Positions 35,794 through 44,488 of a stretch of 44,488 bases of DNA are shown piece after piece. The DNA is from Escherichia phage vB_EcoD_Opt212: sequence record NC_073055.1; one strand, 5' to 3'. The notes beneath the pieces were generated by a model. That model searched no databases and had not been told where the DNA came from. It saw only the letters and a list, made by a program, of their open reading frames with translations. The position numbers were made by a program, and so were the translations under genes. Positions within the stretch are counted from its first letter, which is position 1. The number at the start of each line of letters is the position of its first letter.

Positions 35794-36519
35794 TCAAGAC
35801 AATGCCTCGACCAGATCCTTACGGTAGATAACCATATCAGACTGCATGGTCAGAGTGGATTGTACTGTTTCCACGTTGTTTACTTCAGCGGAAGGAATCT
35901 TCTGGAAAGATACCTTTGCCGGGTAAATACGGATCTCACCTTTGCCGCTTGCCGCTGCCGGGTTAGTGAACTTAATCACAGTGGTTTTCTGTGTGTCGTC
36001 CAGGTCTTCCAGGATTGGGCGGATCGGGTCTTCTTCGTCGTGGGTGAAGGTGTAAGTCTGTACCAACGGGTTTTTCGTGGTGTTAAGACTGATTGCGGTG
36101 TTCACCTGCAACGGCTGGAAGGTAGTAGTCTGCTGGTCGCCACCCGACACGGCAACGTTAGTAATGAAAGGGAAGTCGATAAAGCTCGACACCTTCACCA
36201 CTTCGCCCGGAGTGCCTACGCTGAAAGCGCCGGTAGGGTATTTTGTGACGTCAGAGGAGTCGAAGCGCGCCAGCGTCACGTCGTTCTCGGCTACTTTACC
36301 CACGATGAATGCACGGTTAAGCGCTCGGACCCACGGGGTTTTAGTGAACATAACAACGTCGCCAACAACCAGGCCATGCGATGCCGCGCAGGTAATTACG
36401 CAACCTTGCGTAAGGTCAGAGATTGATGCGGTGGCGTTGGTAGCTGCCGTAACAGCGATGCCGCTGCCTAATACGGACCCGATCTGGACGCTGGACCCGT
36501 TGGGGAGTTGATAACCCAT
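35794..36519 (-). CDS. major tail protein
   Basis: 241 aa; AGGAG RBS; followed by terminator and chaperone G/GT. Confidence 0.7.
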   Translation of the reverse strand: MGYQLPNGSSVQIGSVLGSGIAVTAATNATASISDLTQGCVITCAASHGLVVGDVVMFTKTPWVRALNRAFIVGKVAENDVTLARFDSSDVTKYPTGAFSVGTPGEVVKVSSFIDFPFITNVAVSGGDQQTTTFQPLQVNTAISLNTTKNPLVQTYTFTHDEEDPIRPILEDLDDTQKTTVIKFTNPAAASGKGEIRIYPAKVSFQKIPSAEVNNVETVQSTLTMQSDMVIYRKDLVEALS

Positions 36520-36579
36520 AATAAAGCTCCTGTTTAGATATACGGTTTAATGATACAGCACGCGCAGAATTGCGCCAAA

Positions 36580-37002
36580 TCAGGCACAACAGGAATAGGG
36601 CACTGTAACCACGATGCGGGCGCGATCAACATCCTCAATCACCGAACTGGTGTATGGCGCGTCCTGAAGCTGGAACGCAGCGCCGGTAAGCCTTACGGCC
36701 TGCCACTTGTCAGACGTCGCGATGGCGTCCGCCAGTTCGCTCGCATACTGTGTGCCAGTGCCTGCAGGAAACACCACGGCAACCTGATACACACCGGCAT
36801 AGATACGGCCCTTCTGCTGGAAGCCCACAAACTGGGTAGGGGCCGGAAGCAGGTACGGTTCCAGGTAGACACCGCTGCCGTTTGCGTGGTCGCCGCTCAC
36901 GTTCTCCCAGTTAACCTTTATCGGGCGCTGGTTAGTGCTCAGGCTTACCGATAATTCTTCTACTACGCTGTTAAGCGCCTTGCGGATTAGAGTATTGCTC
37001 AT
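36580..37002 (-). CDS. putative tail terminator / minor tail component
   Basis: 140 aa; position between neck and major tail genes. Confidence 0.4.
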   Translation of the reverse strand: MSNTLIRKALNSVVEELSVSLSTNQRPIKVNWENVSGDHANGSGVYLEPYLLPAPTQFVGFQQKGRIYAGVYQVAVVFPAGTGTQYASELADAIATSDKWQAVRLTGAAFQLQDAPYTSSVIEDVDRARIVVTVPYSCCA

Positions 37003-37595
37003 TATTTCACCTTCGAATTAATTTCTGCCGCTACGACGCGAACAATCCCCGCGGGCGCTTGTTTACTCCAGCCATACTCCAGCCGCTGCGCGTACGGCAC
37101 ATTGTTCGTAAACCAGATCGACCCGTATTCGCCAGAATCATAATGCGCCAGCACTTCACGCCCTGCGGCTAGTGTTGCCGTTCCGGCCTTGTCCACTCGG
37201 TCGATAGCGCCTACAGCCGGACGGTCGAACGTTACCTGCCAGTTACCCCGGAAGCGCCCACCGGTGTAATTCTTCGCCGCCCAGCCACGCTGGCGGAACG
37301 TGACGTTGCCGTTTTTAGTTTTAAATGAGATGAGCACACTGGCGTGCTTCTTCTGCCCGCGCTTCAGTTTGCCGCCATTCTTGCGGCGCTGTGCGGCGTT
37401 CACCTTGTTCGCGTGTTTGCGTGCAAGCGCGTAAGCCTTGTTGATCTTCCACCGGCGTGGGTCGCCCACCGGGGAGATCTCGATCAGGCGTCCGAGTATT
37501 TGCATACCGTACGCCCGCACCGCCTTATCGTTGTTCTCCTTCGTCTTATCCACCCACGTAGCAATAGTGGCGGCGAATGAGTAGACTTCAGCCAC
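37002..37595 (-). CDS. putative tail completion protein (HK97 gp10-like)
   Basis: 197 aa; GTG start coupled to upstream stop; basic middle region. Confidence 0.45.
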   Translation of the reverse strand: MAEVYSFAATIATWVDKTKENNDKAVRAYGMQILGRLIEISPVGDPRRWKINKAYALARKHANKVNAAQRRKNGGKLKRGQKKHASVLISFKTKNGNVTFRQRGWAAKNYTGGRFRGNWQVTFDRPAVGAIDRVDKAGTATLAAGREVLAHYDSGEYGSIWFTNNVPYAQRLEYGWSKQAPAGIVRVVAAEINSKVK

Positions 37596-37596
37596 G

Positions 37597-37950
37597 TTAG
37601 CCCCTTAGCTGTAGTTGAAACAGCATGGTAGTGCCCGCCGGTTGCAGTGGGTTAGGGTTGACGACCCGGTAGTCAGTGCCGTTCAGGTTAACCAGGTCGC
37701 CCACCCGCAATTGCTCAACCGCCCGACATAAAAACTTCACATCACCGGCAACGATACGCGTTCCGTCGATCTCGCTAGGCTTGTATTCCTCGCGAAGACC
37801 GATGACGTCAAACGACATCGGCGGGATTACCACTTCATCGCCGTCTACGCGGTCAACCGACCCCGGACGCGTAACCGTAACGGTCATGCCGAATTTTTTA
37901 ATCAGCGGATTCACTTTCCGCTTTAATCCTGCGTAATTAAAGCCCGCCAT
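37597..37950 (-). CDS. putative head-tail joining protein
   Basis: 117 aa from ATG with AGGAGA RBS (track ORF extends to a TTG at 38040). Confidence 0.4.
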   Translation of the reverse strand: MAGFNYAGLKRKVNPLIKKFGMTVTVTRPGSVDRVDGDEVVIPPMSFDVIGLREEYKPSEIDGTRIVAGDVKFLCRAVEQLRVGDLVNLNGTDYRVVNPNPLQPAGTTMLFQLQLRG

Positions 37951-38057
37951 CTTCTTCGCTCTCCTGTGCCGGTGGTACTGGTTCTGGCTCCGGTTCTTGT
38001 TCCGTCGGCTGTTTAGTATTTGCAGCGATAATCGCCGCAAGTAATGCAGGATTCATA

Positions 38058-38558
38058 TTACCCCCTGAATACGTCGAAATTGCCTGCGGCGTTGCCGCCA
38101 GAATCAACCCAGTGCCCTAACAAGCCATCCCACCACGGGAACGACACCCCGCTACCAATCGACGCCGGGTCATACTCCATCGTGATCGGGCCGACCGTTT
38201 CGCGGATAGTCTCTTTACCATCGCCGACCGGAGAAATATCGATCTCGTCCGCCACCAACATCGCCAACCGGTAAACAGCTTGCTCAACGGCAACGGGGGT
38301 TGATGCGAAGTCTACGATCTGCCCGGCGGGCACTACCGCCACAACTTCAGTGAGCGTGTCCCGCACCGGCTTACCGTCTGACGGGTAATTAATGCGGGGC
38401 CATGCGTCGATTCCGGTCTGGTCTGCTTGTTCGCCGATCCAGTTGATGCCGTTAAGGAAGTCGTTAACGATGGTAAGGTGTCGCGTTGCATCGCCTAGCG
38501 TAATTTCAACGCCTCGCGCAGCGGCATAATCGACAAAGGTTTGCGGGTCGCCATACAT
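38058..38558 (-). CDS. putative head-tail adaptor / head completion protein
   Basis: 166 aa; ATG with GGAG RBS just after capsid terminator. Confidence 0.45.
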   Translation of the reverse strand: MYGDPQTFVDYAAARGVEITLGDATRHLTIVNDFLNGINWIGEQADQTGIDAWPRINYPSDGKPVRDTLTEVVAVVPAGQIVDFASTPVAVEQAVYRLAMLVADEIDISPVGDGKETIRETVGPITMEYDPASIGSGVSFPWWDGLLGHWVDSGGNAAGNFDVFRG

Positions 38559-38573
38559 TGTATTCACTCCTAT

Positions 38574-38599
38574 AAAAAAAAGGCGGGCATAAGCCCGCC
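38574..38599 (-). terminator. rho-independent terminator after major capsid gene
   Basis: GGCGGGC-UUAU-GCCCGCC hairpin followed by U8. Confidence 0.7.
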
Positions 38600-38618
38600 C
38601 CTTTGGGATGTGCGCCCG

Positions 38619-39719
38619 TTAAGACGCGGTAGTCGCAGTCAGCGTAACCAGTACGCCAGCGGTTTCCTTGATGTGACGGGTAGGCACTGCCTGTGCGGCC
38701 TGGGTCTTACGACGACCTTTAGTATCGCCATCACCCACAGCGCCAACGTCCTGCACGGTTGCCGGTGCGTTGTCTACCTGGCCCTGGTCCAGTTCCCAGT
38801 TAGCGGAAGTGGTAATATCGTCCAGTTTGAACGAGCGCACACCTTCGATCGGGGTACGAGCGGACGCCTTCAGACGGTAGCCTTTAACGGCCACGTTGAA
38901 GTCGAACTCGCCCTGCCACCAGCGTTCGATGTTCTCGTTACCGCCTTTCTCCTGCGCCAGCATATCGAGGCCGTTGGTGGTAACTGCAACCGCGCCAGGG
39001 ACCAGACCCAGCATGTTACCAGCGCCCATAGCATCGGCAGCGGCATCGGAGATAATGAAGCGACGGCCCAGGCCATCGCCCATTACCTGGAGATCGCCAA
39101 TTGCGAATACCTGTTCAGCGGAAGGGAGCGCCTGGTACGCAATGAAGTTTGCCCAGGTAACGCCGTCCATAAACCAGGACTTAATCAAAGACGCCTGATC
39201 GCCGAACTTAGAAGCCGCCAGCGGGAAGTCTGCCAGGGTCGGAAAGGTACGACCACCAACGCCGTCTACGCGCGCCGGTTGGGTGTATTTTGCCGCTGCG
39301 TTGCTTTCGATCGCCGCTTTACCCGCACCGATACCCGCTTTTAGGTAGTGCAGCATAATCGCTTGAGTAGCCTGTGCCGCGATCTCAGCCGCAACGCTGT
39401 TAACGTTGGTTTCGATCTTAGCCATCATAGCCTTAGTGATTGCTACCGGACCCACTTTCGCGGATAGGTTAACGGAGTTGGTCAGCATACGCGCCAGCAC
39501 TTTAGCGGTTGCCGGAGTGCCGACAGGGGCGTAGGCGTTACGGTCGGTAACGAGGTTGGCGATCAATCCTACGGACATTTTCTCAATAACATCCTTCAGC
39601 ACTTCACCAGTACCGAGAACAACAGCGCCATTGGCGGCCGCGTTGAATACGTTCAGGTTGTCGGGGATCATTTGCGTAACCGCGGTAACGAGTTTACGCT
39701 GGAACACTGTTAAAGACAT
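38619..39719 (-). CDS. major capsid protein
   Basis: 366 aa; follows scaffold-like gene; strong terminator downstream. Confidence 0.75.
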   Translation of the reverse strand: MSLTVFQRKLVTAVTQMIPDNLNVFNAAANGAVVLGTGEVLKDVIEKMSVGLIANLVTDRNAYAPVGTPATAKVLARMLTNSVNLSAKVGPVAITKAMMAKIETNVNSVAAEIAAQATQAIMLHYLKAGIGAGKAAIESNAAAKYTQPARVDGVGGRTFPTLADFPLAASKFGDQASLIKSWFMDGVTWANFIAYQALPSAEQVFAIGDLQVMGDGLGRRFIISDAAADAMGAGNMLGLVPGAVAVTTNGLDMLAQEKGGNENIERWWQGEFDFNVAVKGYRLKASARTPIEGVRSFKLDDITTSANWELDQGQVDNAPATVQDVGAVGDGDTKGRRKTQAAQAVPTRHIKETAGVLVTLTATTAS

Positions 39720-39787
39720 ATCGAAATCCTTTGAGTTGTGAGCATTCGCCCAGTGACGTTAATGTTACCTTAGATTTACGCGCTAGC

Positions 39788-39810
39788 AAAATCGCCCGCT
39801 TTCGCGGGCG
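39788..39810 (-). terminator. hairpin (possible attenuator) after scaffold gene
   Basis: CGCCCGC-GAAA-GCGGGCG with weak U tract. Confidence 0.3.
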
Positions 39811-39816
39811 GTCTTC

Positions 39817-40518
39817 CTACTCGTCGCCCATCTTAGCGATGATTTCACCAGCCTGTTTCGTAAGGTCAGTGATACCGAAGCTGTGGCCCATCGTGATTTT
39901 CGACTTCACATCTTCGACAACCTGCGTCGGTTTGCTAGGCGCGCCGCCTGCTGGCGTGCCAGCCAGGACGGACGCAAAATCGGCGTTATTACGGAACTCT
40001 TTTTCAAGTTCTTCCATAGTCAGCGCGGACGGTTTGCCATCCTGCAAGACACGCACTTTCAAGCTGCCGTCTTCGCCGTCTTCCAGCGTCAGGCGGTCCA
40101 TTACGTGGCGTTGCATGATGCCCGCATTCTTACCGAACAGCTTCGACGCCAGGTCTTTGGCAGCGCTGCCGATGGTTAGATCGTGGATCTGCTTGCGGTA
40201 GGCTTCGATTTTTCCCGATGTGTCTGCTTCGTGTTTCGCAAACTTATCTTTCCAGGACTTGTCGATCGCTTCGAGGTCGCCATTTTTGCGCGCGGCGGCT
40301 TCCTCTTTCTCTTTCGCAAGGCGCTCAGCTTCGGCGCGGCGTTCAGCTTCTGCTTTCTTCTCGCTCACCAGCTTCGCGTTGTTGTCTTTCAGACCCTTGA
40401 TTTCCGCCTGTACTTCTTCTGCGGTCATGAACGTTGATTTATACCCGTCGCCATCGGCAACAAAAAGCGCCTTCATACCTTCCGGCAACGCGTCATATTC
40501 TGCTTTAGTAAGTTTCAT
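39817..40518 (-). CDS. scaffolding protein
   Basis: 233 aa from ATG with AGGGGGA RBS; charged coiled-coil-like sequence (AEAERRAEAERLAKEKEEAAARK); directly upstream of capsid gene. Confidence 0.65.
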   Translation of the reverse strand: MKLTKAEYDALPEGMKALFVADGDGYKSTFMTAEEVQAEIKGLKDNNAKLVSEKKAEAERRAEAERLAKEKEEAAARKNGDLEAIDKSWKDKFAKHEADTSGKIEAYRKQIHDLTIGSAAKDLASKLFGKNAGIMQRHVMDRLTLEDGEDGSLKVRVLQDGKPSALTMEELEKEFRNNADFASVLAGTPAGGAPSKPTQVVEDVKSKITMGHSFGITDLTKQAGEIIAKMGDE

Positions 40519-40608
40519 GCTATCCCCCTGGGATTGTGGCAGAGCAGGCCACCCGCTCGACTTCACGCTTCTAATATTATCAGCGATAAAAATAATCGCA
40601 AAATTCGC

Positions 40609-40638
40609 TTGCAATCCGCGTATTGGTTGCACTATATT
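40609..40638 (+). promoter_or_regulatory. candidate promoter TTGCAA-N18-TATATT with tandem ATTGGTTGCAC motifs
   Basis: direct reading; upstream of plus-strand island. Confidence 0.4.
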
Positions 40639-40667
40639 GGTTGCACACCAACAACGAGGACACAAAA

Positions 40668-41183
40668 ATGAGACTGACAAAAGACATTAAAAACCAGATT
40701 CTGGCTAACATCCTGCGCGACCACGAAATCGCGACCGAAGCCAAATCAATCATGATGGACTCTCGAAATCTGGCGTACGCCATTACGATGGACTGTATGC
40801 CGGAAGGCATTCATTCGTTCGCCGAGCTACGTGAGCGCATTGCAGCAATCGGCGGTGACCCGTCGCAGATGTACGGCGTCTGTGTGTACACCAACAAGGC
40901 GACGTATAGACATGACGCCGACAGCCCATATGGTGTAGGCAGCGTTTACGACGCCACTTTCGAAATCAACGCAGGCGGAAACGTCCGTACCGTGTCATTG
41001 AGCGGAGACGGACACCGAGTCCGAGTATATCGCGGATACGGGGAGTATAAATACATGAATAAACTGTCTCCCGATCTCGGCGATATTGTGCCTGGGTATG
41101 AGGAAATTTTGTTAGCGTCAGTGTGCGAAGTCGATGACGACGGGAAAGCGCTGCCGATATATATATGCCACGCGGTCGTATAG
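40668..41183 (+). CDS. hypothetical protein (opposite-strand island gene 1)
   Basis: 171 aa; GAGGAC RBS; no recognisable motifs. Confidence 0.55.
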   Translation: MRLTKDIKNQILANILRDHEIATEAKSIMMDSRNLAYAITMDCMPEGIHSFAELRERIAAIGGDPSQMYGVCVYTNKATYRHDADSPYGVGSVYDATFEINAGGNVRTVSLSGDGHRVRVYRGYGEYKYMNKLSPDLGDIVPGYEEILLASVCEVDDDGKALPIYICHAVV

Positions 41184-41434
41184 ACTACCCGGCGGACCAT
41201 GATTTCTGTAAGCGCCTGGACCGTAACGACAAGGCCCGCCGTGAGTTGCGTGCTAAGTATGACGCGTTCAAACTAACTGTTACCGGCGTGCTGGATATGC
41301 ACAATACCGATAAGAAGCTGATCAAGGCGTGGCCTGAAGTGGAACAGTTCATTCCTTACCCGGGCAAGCCGAAGTCCACGGCGGTGGCGCTGGACGTGAA
41401 GACGTTAAACGAGATTTGCGGTATTCCGCGCTAA
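41165..41434 (+). CDS. hypothetical protein (opposite-strand island gene 2)
   Basis: 89 aa; overlaps gene 1 by 19 nt; start uncertain. Confidence 0.4.
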   Translation: MPRGRIDYPADHDFCKRLDRNDKARRELRAKYDAFKLTVTGVLDMHNTDKKLIKAWPEVEQFIPYPGKPKSTAVALDVKTLNEICGIPR

Positions 41435-41435
41435 T

Positions 41436-41460
41436 AAAAGGGGCCATTACGGCCCCCGAA
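41436..41460. terminator. bidirectional hairpin between island and spanin genes
   Basis: GGGGCC-AUUAC-GGCCCC; o-spanin stop lies within it. Confidence 0.4.
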
Positions 41461-41686
41461 TTATTTGCTGCAACTCCAGGACCTGCGCCCTCAGCTTCGC
41501 CCCGCATTCCATATTTTTCACGTCAATCATCAAATCTTCGTCGGGGTCCGCGGACGGGTTATCGAACTTGCACGGCGGTCGCAGTGCCGACTCCGTTAGC
41601 GGCATCAACGGCGCTTTGCTTGATCCGCACGCGCTCAGCATCAAAACTGCAATCAGGACGGTTAGGACGCGTAACATATTTAACAA
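41447..41686 (-). CDS. o-spanin (outer membrane lipoprotein, Rz1-like)
   Basis: 79 aa; signal peptide with lipobox LSAC; Pro-rich; start embedded in i-spanin-like ORF. Confidence 0.6.
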   Translation of the reverse strand: MLNMLRVLTVLIAVLMLSACGSSKAPLMPLTESALRPPCKFDNPSADPDEDLMIDVKNMECGAKLRAQVLELQQIIRGP

Positions 41687-41918
41687 CCTCTTTCGTGATA
41701 GTCCGGTATTCTACGTCGCGGGCTTGTTCGGCCTGCACGGAGCGCTCAATAACTTTAGTTTGCTGCCGTTGGGCATCTGCTTGCGCTTCTTGCGCCGCCT
41801 CCGCCGCTACGCCAGCGCGATAGGAGTCACCTAGCCAGAATCCTACCACCAGACCGATAACCAGCCCAATCGCTGCATACTTAATCACGCCATAACCCCC
41901 GGTTTTTAAGCTGTGCAA
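41559..41918 (-). CDS. i-spanin (Rz-like)
   Basis: N-terminal TM (IKYAAIGLVIGLVVGFWLG) then charged helical region; track start is TTG, alternative GTG at 41888 with GGGGG RBS. Confidence 0.55.
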   Translation of the reverse strand: MHSLKTGGYGVIKYAAIGLVIGLVVGFWLGDSYRAGVAAEAAQEAQADAQRQQTKVIERSVQAEQARDVEYRTITKEVVKYVTRPNRPDCSFDAERVRIKQSAVDAANGVGTATAVQVR

Positions 41919-42984
41919 TAGTCATCAGTTCGCCAGAATCGGTAAACATCTTCGGCACTTTCACGCCGCGCATAATCTGGTCGGCGCGTTGCACTCCATA
42001 TAATTCTTCCAGGATATGGCGCGGCTGGCGCTGCACCCATGAGAAGAAATCAGTCTGCGCGTCTACCTGCTCACTCAGCAATCTGCCTGCGTCAGCCTTC
42101 AGTGCCGGACGCTTACCACTGGGCCAATCTTCCATACCTTTGACTTTCCACGTCTCCGTCGAACGGCAGCAATAATGCAGCTTGCCCGGACCAGCGCCAT
42201 ATTGTGACCCAGCCACCATTTTCCCGCCGCGTTTTCCTTTGGTGTCGGGAGTAACATCAACCGGATAAAACAGGCGATCGCGTAGCTGGCACATGGGAGA
42301 AGTATGCGTGTCCAATGTAGCCAACCATTGGCGACCTTCGAGAATATCGTCATTAGCTTTTACCATTAATTCGCGGGCGGTCGCCGCATAGTGGTTGACC
42401 GCGGACTTAACAACGCTTGAGATTGCTTGCGCACTACGACCGCCGAGCGCGCGCCTCACGTCCGCGATAATTTCCATCGTTGGCTTGCCCTGGATGAATC
42501 CGGCGCGCACCTGATTCCCGATCTGCGTCCTGGTCCACTCGGAAAGGGAATCAGGCCATTGCATCATAGTATTACCCTGGAACGGGTTTTTCATTGCCGT
42601 CGCTGCAATCTGCGCGCCGGTAACAACGCCAACTACTTCAACAGCGGGTACGGCGACAGCGGGCTGGATCGCTGCCGTTAGTGTGTCCGCGAGATAATCA
42701 GCCTCGGTGTCGGCGAACTCCTGAAGGCTCTCCGCCAGCACTTTAAACTCGGCGCGCAGTTCCGTTTTGACGGTCTTGTCGAGTTGCGTTAACAGTGTGG
42801 TAAGTGCCTTGTTGCTCATGGACTTTTTGCCATCAAGTAACTCGGTCAGCTTACCAAGTAAAGTGGGCCGGAACTTCTCCCACATAGCCAGCACCCTCCG
42901 CGCCTGATCATTGCTCAGGCGCTGGGTGAAGATGTGACGGCGAATCATTCGATCCGCCAAATATTGATTAACTGTCTTCGCCAT
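41881..42984 (-). CDS. head morphogenesis protein (Mu F / SPP1 gp7-like)
   Basis: 367 aa; directly downstream of portal, overlapping by 17 nt. Confidence 0.65.
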   Translation of the reverse strand: MAKTVNQYLADRMIRRHIFTQRLSNDQARRVLAMWEKFRPTLLGKLTELLDGKKSMSNKALTTLLTQLDKTVKTELRAEFKVLAESLQEFADTEADYLADTLTAAIQPAVAVPAVEVVGVVTGAQIAATAMKNPFQGNTMMQWPDSLSEWTRTQIGNQVRAGFIQGKPTMEIIADVRRALGGRSAQAISSVVKSAVNHYAATARELMVKANDDILEGRQWLATLDTHTSPMCQLRDRLFYPVDVTPDTKGKRGGKMVAGSQYGAGPGKLHYCCRSTETWKVKGMEDWPSGKRPALKADAGRLLSEQVDAQTDFFSWVQRQPRHILEELYGVQRADQIMRGVKVPKMFTDSGELMTIAQLKNRGLWRD

Positions 42985-44488
42985 TGTCCGCTACCTTGTC
43001 CGGGTCTTCTTCGGTAGATTCTACCGCATCAGGGGACATTTGAGGCAATGGATTCTGATTTCGCAATTCGTCTTCCACCTGCTCGACGGTTTGCGAGTCG
43101 TCTATGACGCCCTGCGCCATCATCCACTTGATGAAGTCAGCCAGGCGGACCGTACCAGTCTGCACCCCCGACATCATCGCGGTCATAAGCTGAGCATCAA
43201 CCGTGATTTCGGTGTAGAACTTATTCAGCGTCACACGCTGGTCGGCGGTGTCGCCCGTGAATAGCTGGACGATTTGCAGCGCACGGTTGAAAGCCTTCTC
43301 AACGTTACCGGCGATAAGCGACAGGATACTGTTATCAGTCTGCGCATCGTAGGCCGCCTCGGTTGCCGTCTTAGGTGCGGTCCCCTTCTCGACAAGGGCC
43401 GCGCCAAGTTTAGCCATTTGCAATTCGCGACGCTCACACAGCGCAACAGACAAGTTGCGCTCCTCGGCCTGAATCAGTTTAGCGTCCATGTTCTGGCCCA
43501 GGATAACGCCCTTAGTCGCACCGAGGGCAATGCCGCCCTTCAGGTTCTTGTCAGCCCATGATTGGGTCAATCCCGTCGCAACGAGGGTAGGTTGGCCCAC
43601 GATGTGCGCAATCTCGGCGACGTCCGCTTCGGCGTTGTAGTGCTTAATGTTGATGGACGCGATATCCGCCAGCGGAGCGGCGTCAGGCGTTGCGTTGTTG
43701 TCCACCGCACCACACCAGCAAAACGGAAGTTGTGTAAGCGCATTACCGGAGGCATCCACCAGCGGCACCAGGTCGGTGCGGGTGAATCCACGCGGCAAAT
43801 CCATTTGCACCTCGGACGTGTCCGCGTTGTAGTACCAGCGGCGGGCGTGTGCCGCACCATTAATCATGCGAAGCTCGGTCCAGATTGTTACTTCGTGGTT
43901 TGCGAAGTCGTCCGGGTCTTCGGTGCTGATTTCGTCCGTTTCCTTCAGCACAATTAGCGTATCGACGCCGTGGGTCTGCCGCCAGTTGATGATCTGTTCT
44001 GCCGTGTACAGGCGTATAAGCGGGCGGTGTGACGCCATCTCGGCGGCTGTCTGCGGAACTACGTTACCCAGCTCATCAAAGTTAGCCTGGCGGTCGTAGT
44101 CCACCATAAAGCCCGCACGTCCTGATTGCAGCACTTCCGACATAGCACCGCGCAGGAGTTGCGGCAGAGGCATACCGCTGCCGTCTACGTCGTCAATCAG
44201 GTCAGCCATCGCCCCGGAAAGGTCCAGACTTACCGGTTTAGCAAAGGCAACGCCTAACAGCGCGTTAAGTGTGCGGGCGGTGGCGTTCAGGAATACAGCG
44301 CGTTGCTTGTACGCCTTATACCGCGCCCGTGCTTTCGGGTCAGTATTGTCGCCACTGGCGGGATGAGGCAGGTACAATGGGCCGCACGCCTTCACGGCGC
44401 GCTCCCCTGCTACGCAGTCACGGATCATTTTCCACTCTGGCGCGATGCGCGCATAGAGCGGGTGCTGGTTGTCAACGTTAACGGTCAT
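42968..44488 (-). CDS. portal protein
   Basis: 506 aa; start codon at window edge; acidic C-terminus; follows TerL if genome is circularly permuted. Confidence 0.7.
   Translation of the reverse strand: MTVNVDNQHPLYARIAPEWKMIRDCVAGERAVKACGPLYLPHPASGDNTDPKARARYKAYKQRAVFLNATARTLNALLGVAFAKPVSLDLSGAMADLIDDVDGSGMPLPQLLRGAMSEVLQSGRAGFMVDYDRQANFDELGNVVPQTAAEMASHRPLIRLYTAEQIINWRQTHGVDTLIVLKETDEISTEDPDDFANHEVTIWTELRMINGAAHARRWYYNADTSEVQMDLPRGFTRTDLVPLVDASGNALTQLPFCWCGAVDNNATPDAAPLADIASINIKHYNAEADVAEIAHIVGQPTLVATGLTQSWADKNLKGGIALGATKGVILGQNMDAKLIQAEERNLSVALCERRELQMAKLGAALVEKGTAPKTATEAAYDAQTDNSILSLIAGNVEKAFNRALQIVQLFTGDTADQRVTLNKFYTEITVDAQLMTAMMSGVQTGTVRLADFIKWMMAQGVIDDSQTVEQVEDELRNQNPLPQMSPDAVESTEEDPDKVADNGEDS

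Noticed and set aside
37951-38040. upstream extension of the head-tail joining ORF
   Set aside because: Track start is a TTG without RBS and the extension is an Arg/Asn-rich basic stretch; ATG at 37950 has a strong AGGAGA RBS.
40621-40646. sigma54 (-24/-12) promoter interpretation of the ATTGGTTGCA motif
   Set aside because: TTGCA resembles the -12 element, but no properly spaced TGGCAC -24 element is present at any occurrence.

Overview
The window reads as a complete or near-complete genome (about 44.5 kb) of a tailed dsDNA phage with a lambda-like long non-contractile tail, read from sequence and the ORF track only; no database search was possible. Three transcriptional blocks are visible. 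(1) Minus strand 44488 to 22337: portal, head morphogenesis protein, an overlapping spanin pair, scaffold, major capsid, neck proteins, major tail protein, tail assembly chaperone G/GT with a -1 frameshift, tape measure, gpM/L/K/I/J-like tail tip proteins and a side tail fibre. (2) Plus strand 10243 to 22309: early/replication genes including an acidic repeat protein, a DUF2800-like Cas4-type nuclease, a DUF2815-like ssDNA-binding protein, family A DNA polymerase, VRR-NUC nuclease, SNF2 helicase, Dam-type methyltransferase and a HAD phosphatase. (3) Minus strand 9836 to 12: HTH regulator, primase/helicase, a run of small coupled genes, holin-holin-endolysin, an HTH-metallophosphoesterase and terminase small and large subunits. 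TerL sits at the left edge and the portal start codon at the right edge, consistent with a circularly permuted genome. No integrase, repressor, CRISPR array or tRNA was recognised by eye. The most unusual signals are a duplicated ~175-bp GTCCCGC-iteron element at two intergenic sites (one between the GT and tape measure genes), an opposite-strand two-gene island with its own promoter and terminator inside the head module, an acidic/basic repeat protein as the first rightward early gene, and a recurring ATTGGTTGCA motif at about ten intergenic sites. CDS coordinates are anchored to the ORF track; non-coding coordinates are approximate (about +/-2 nt).
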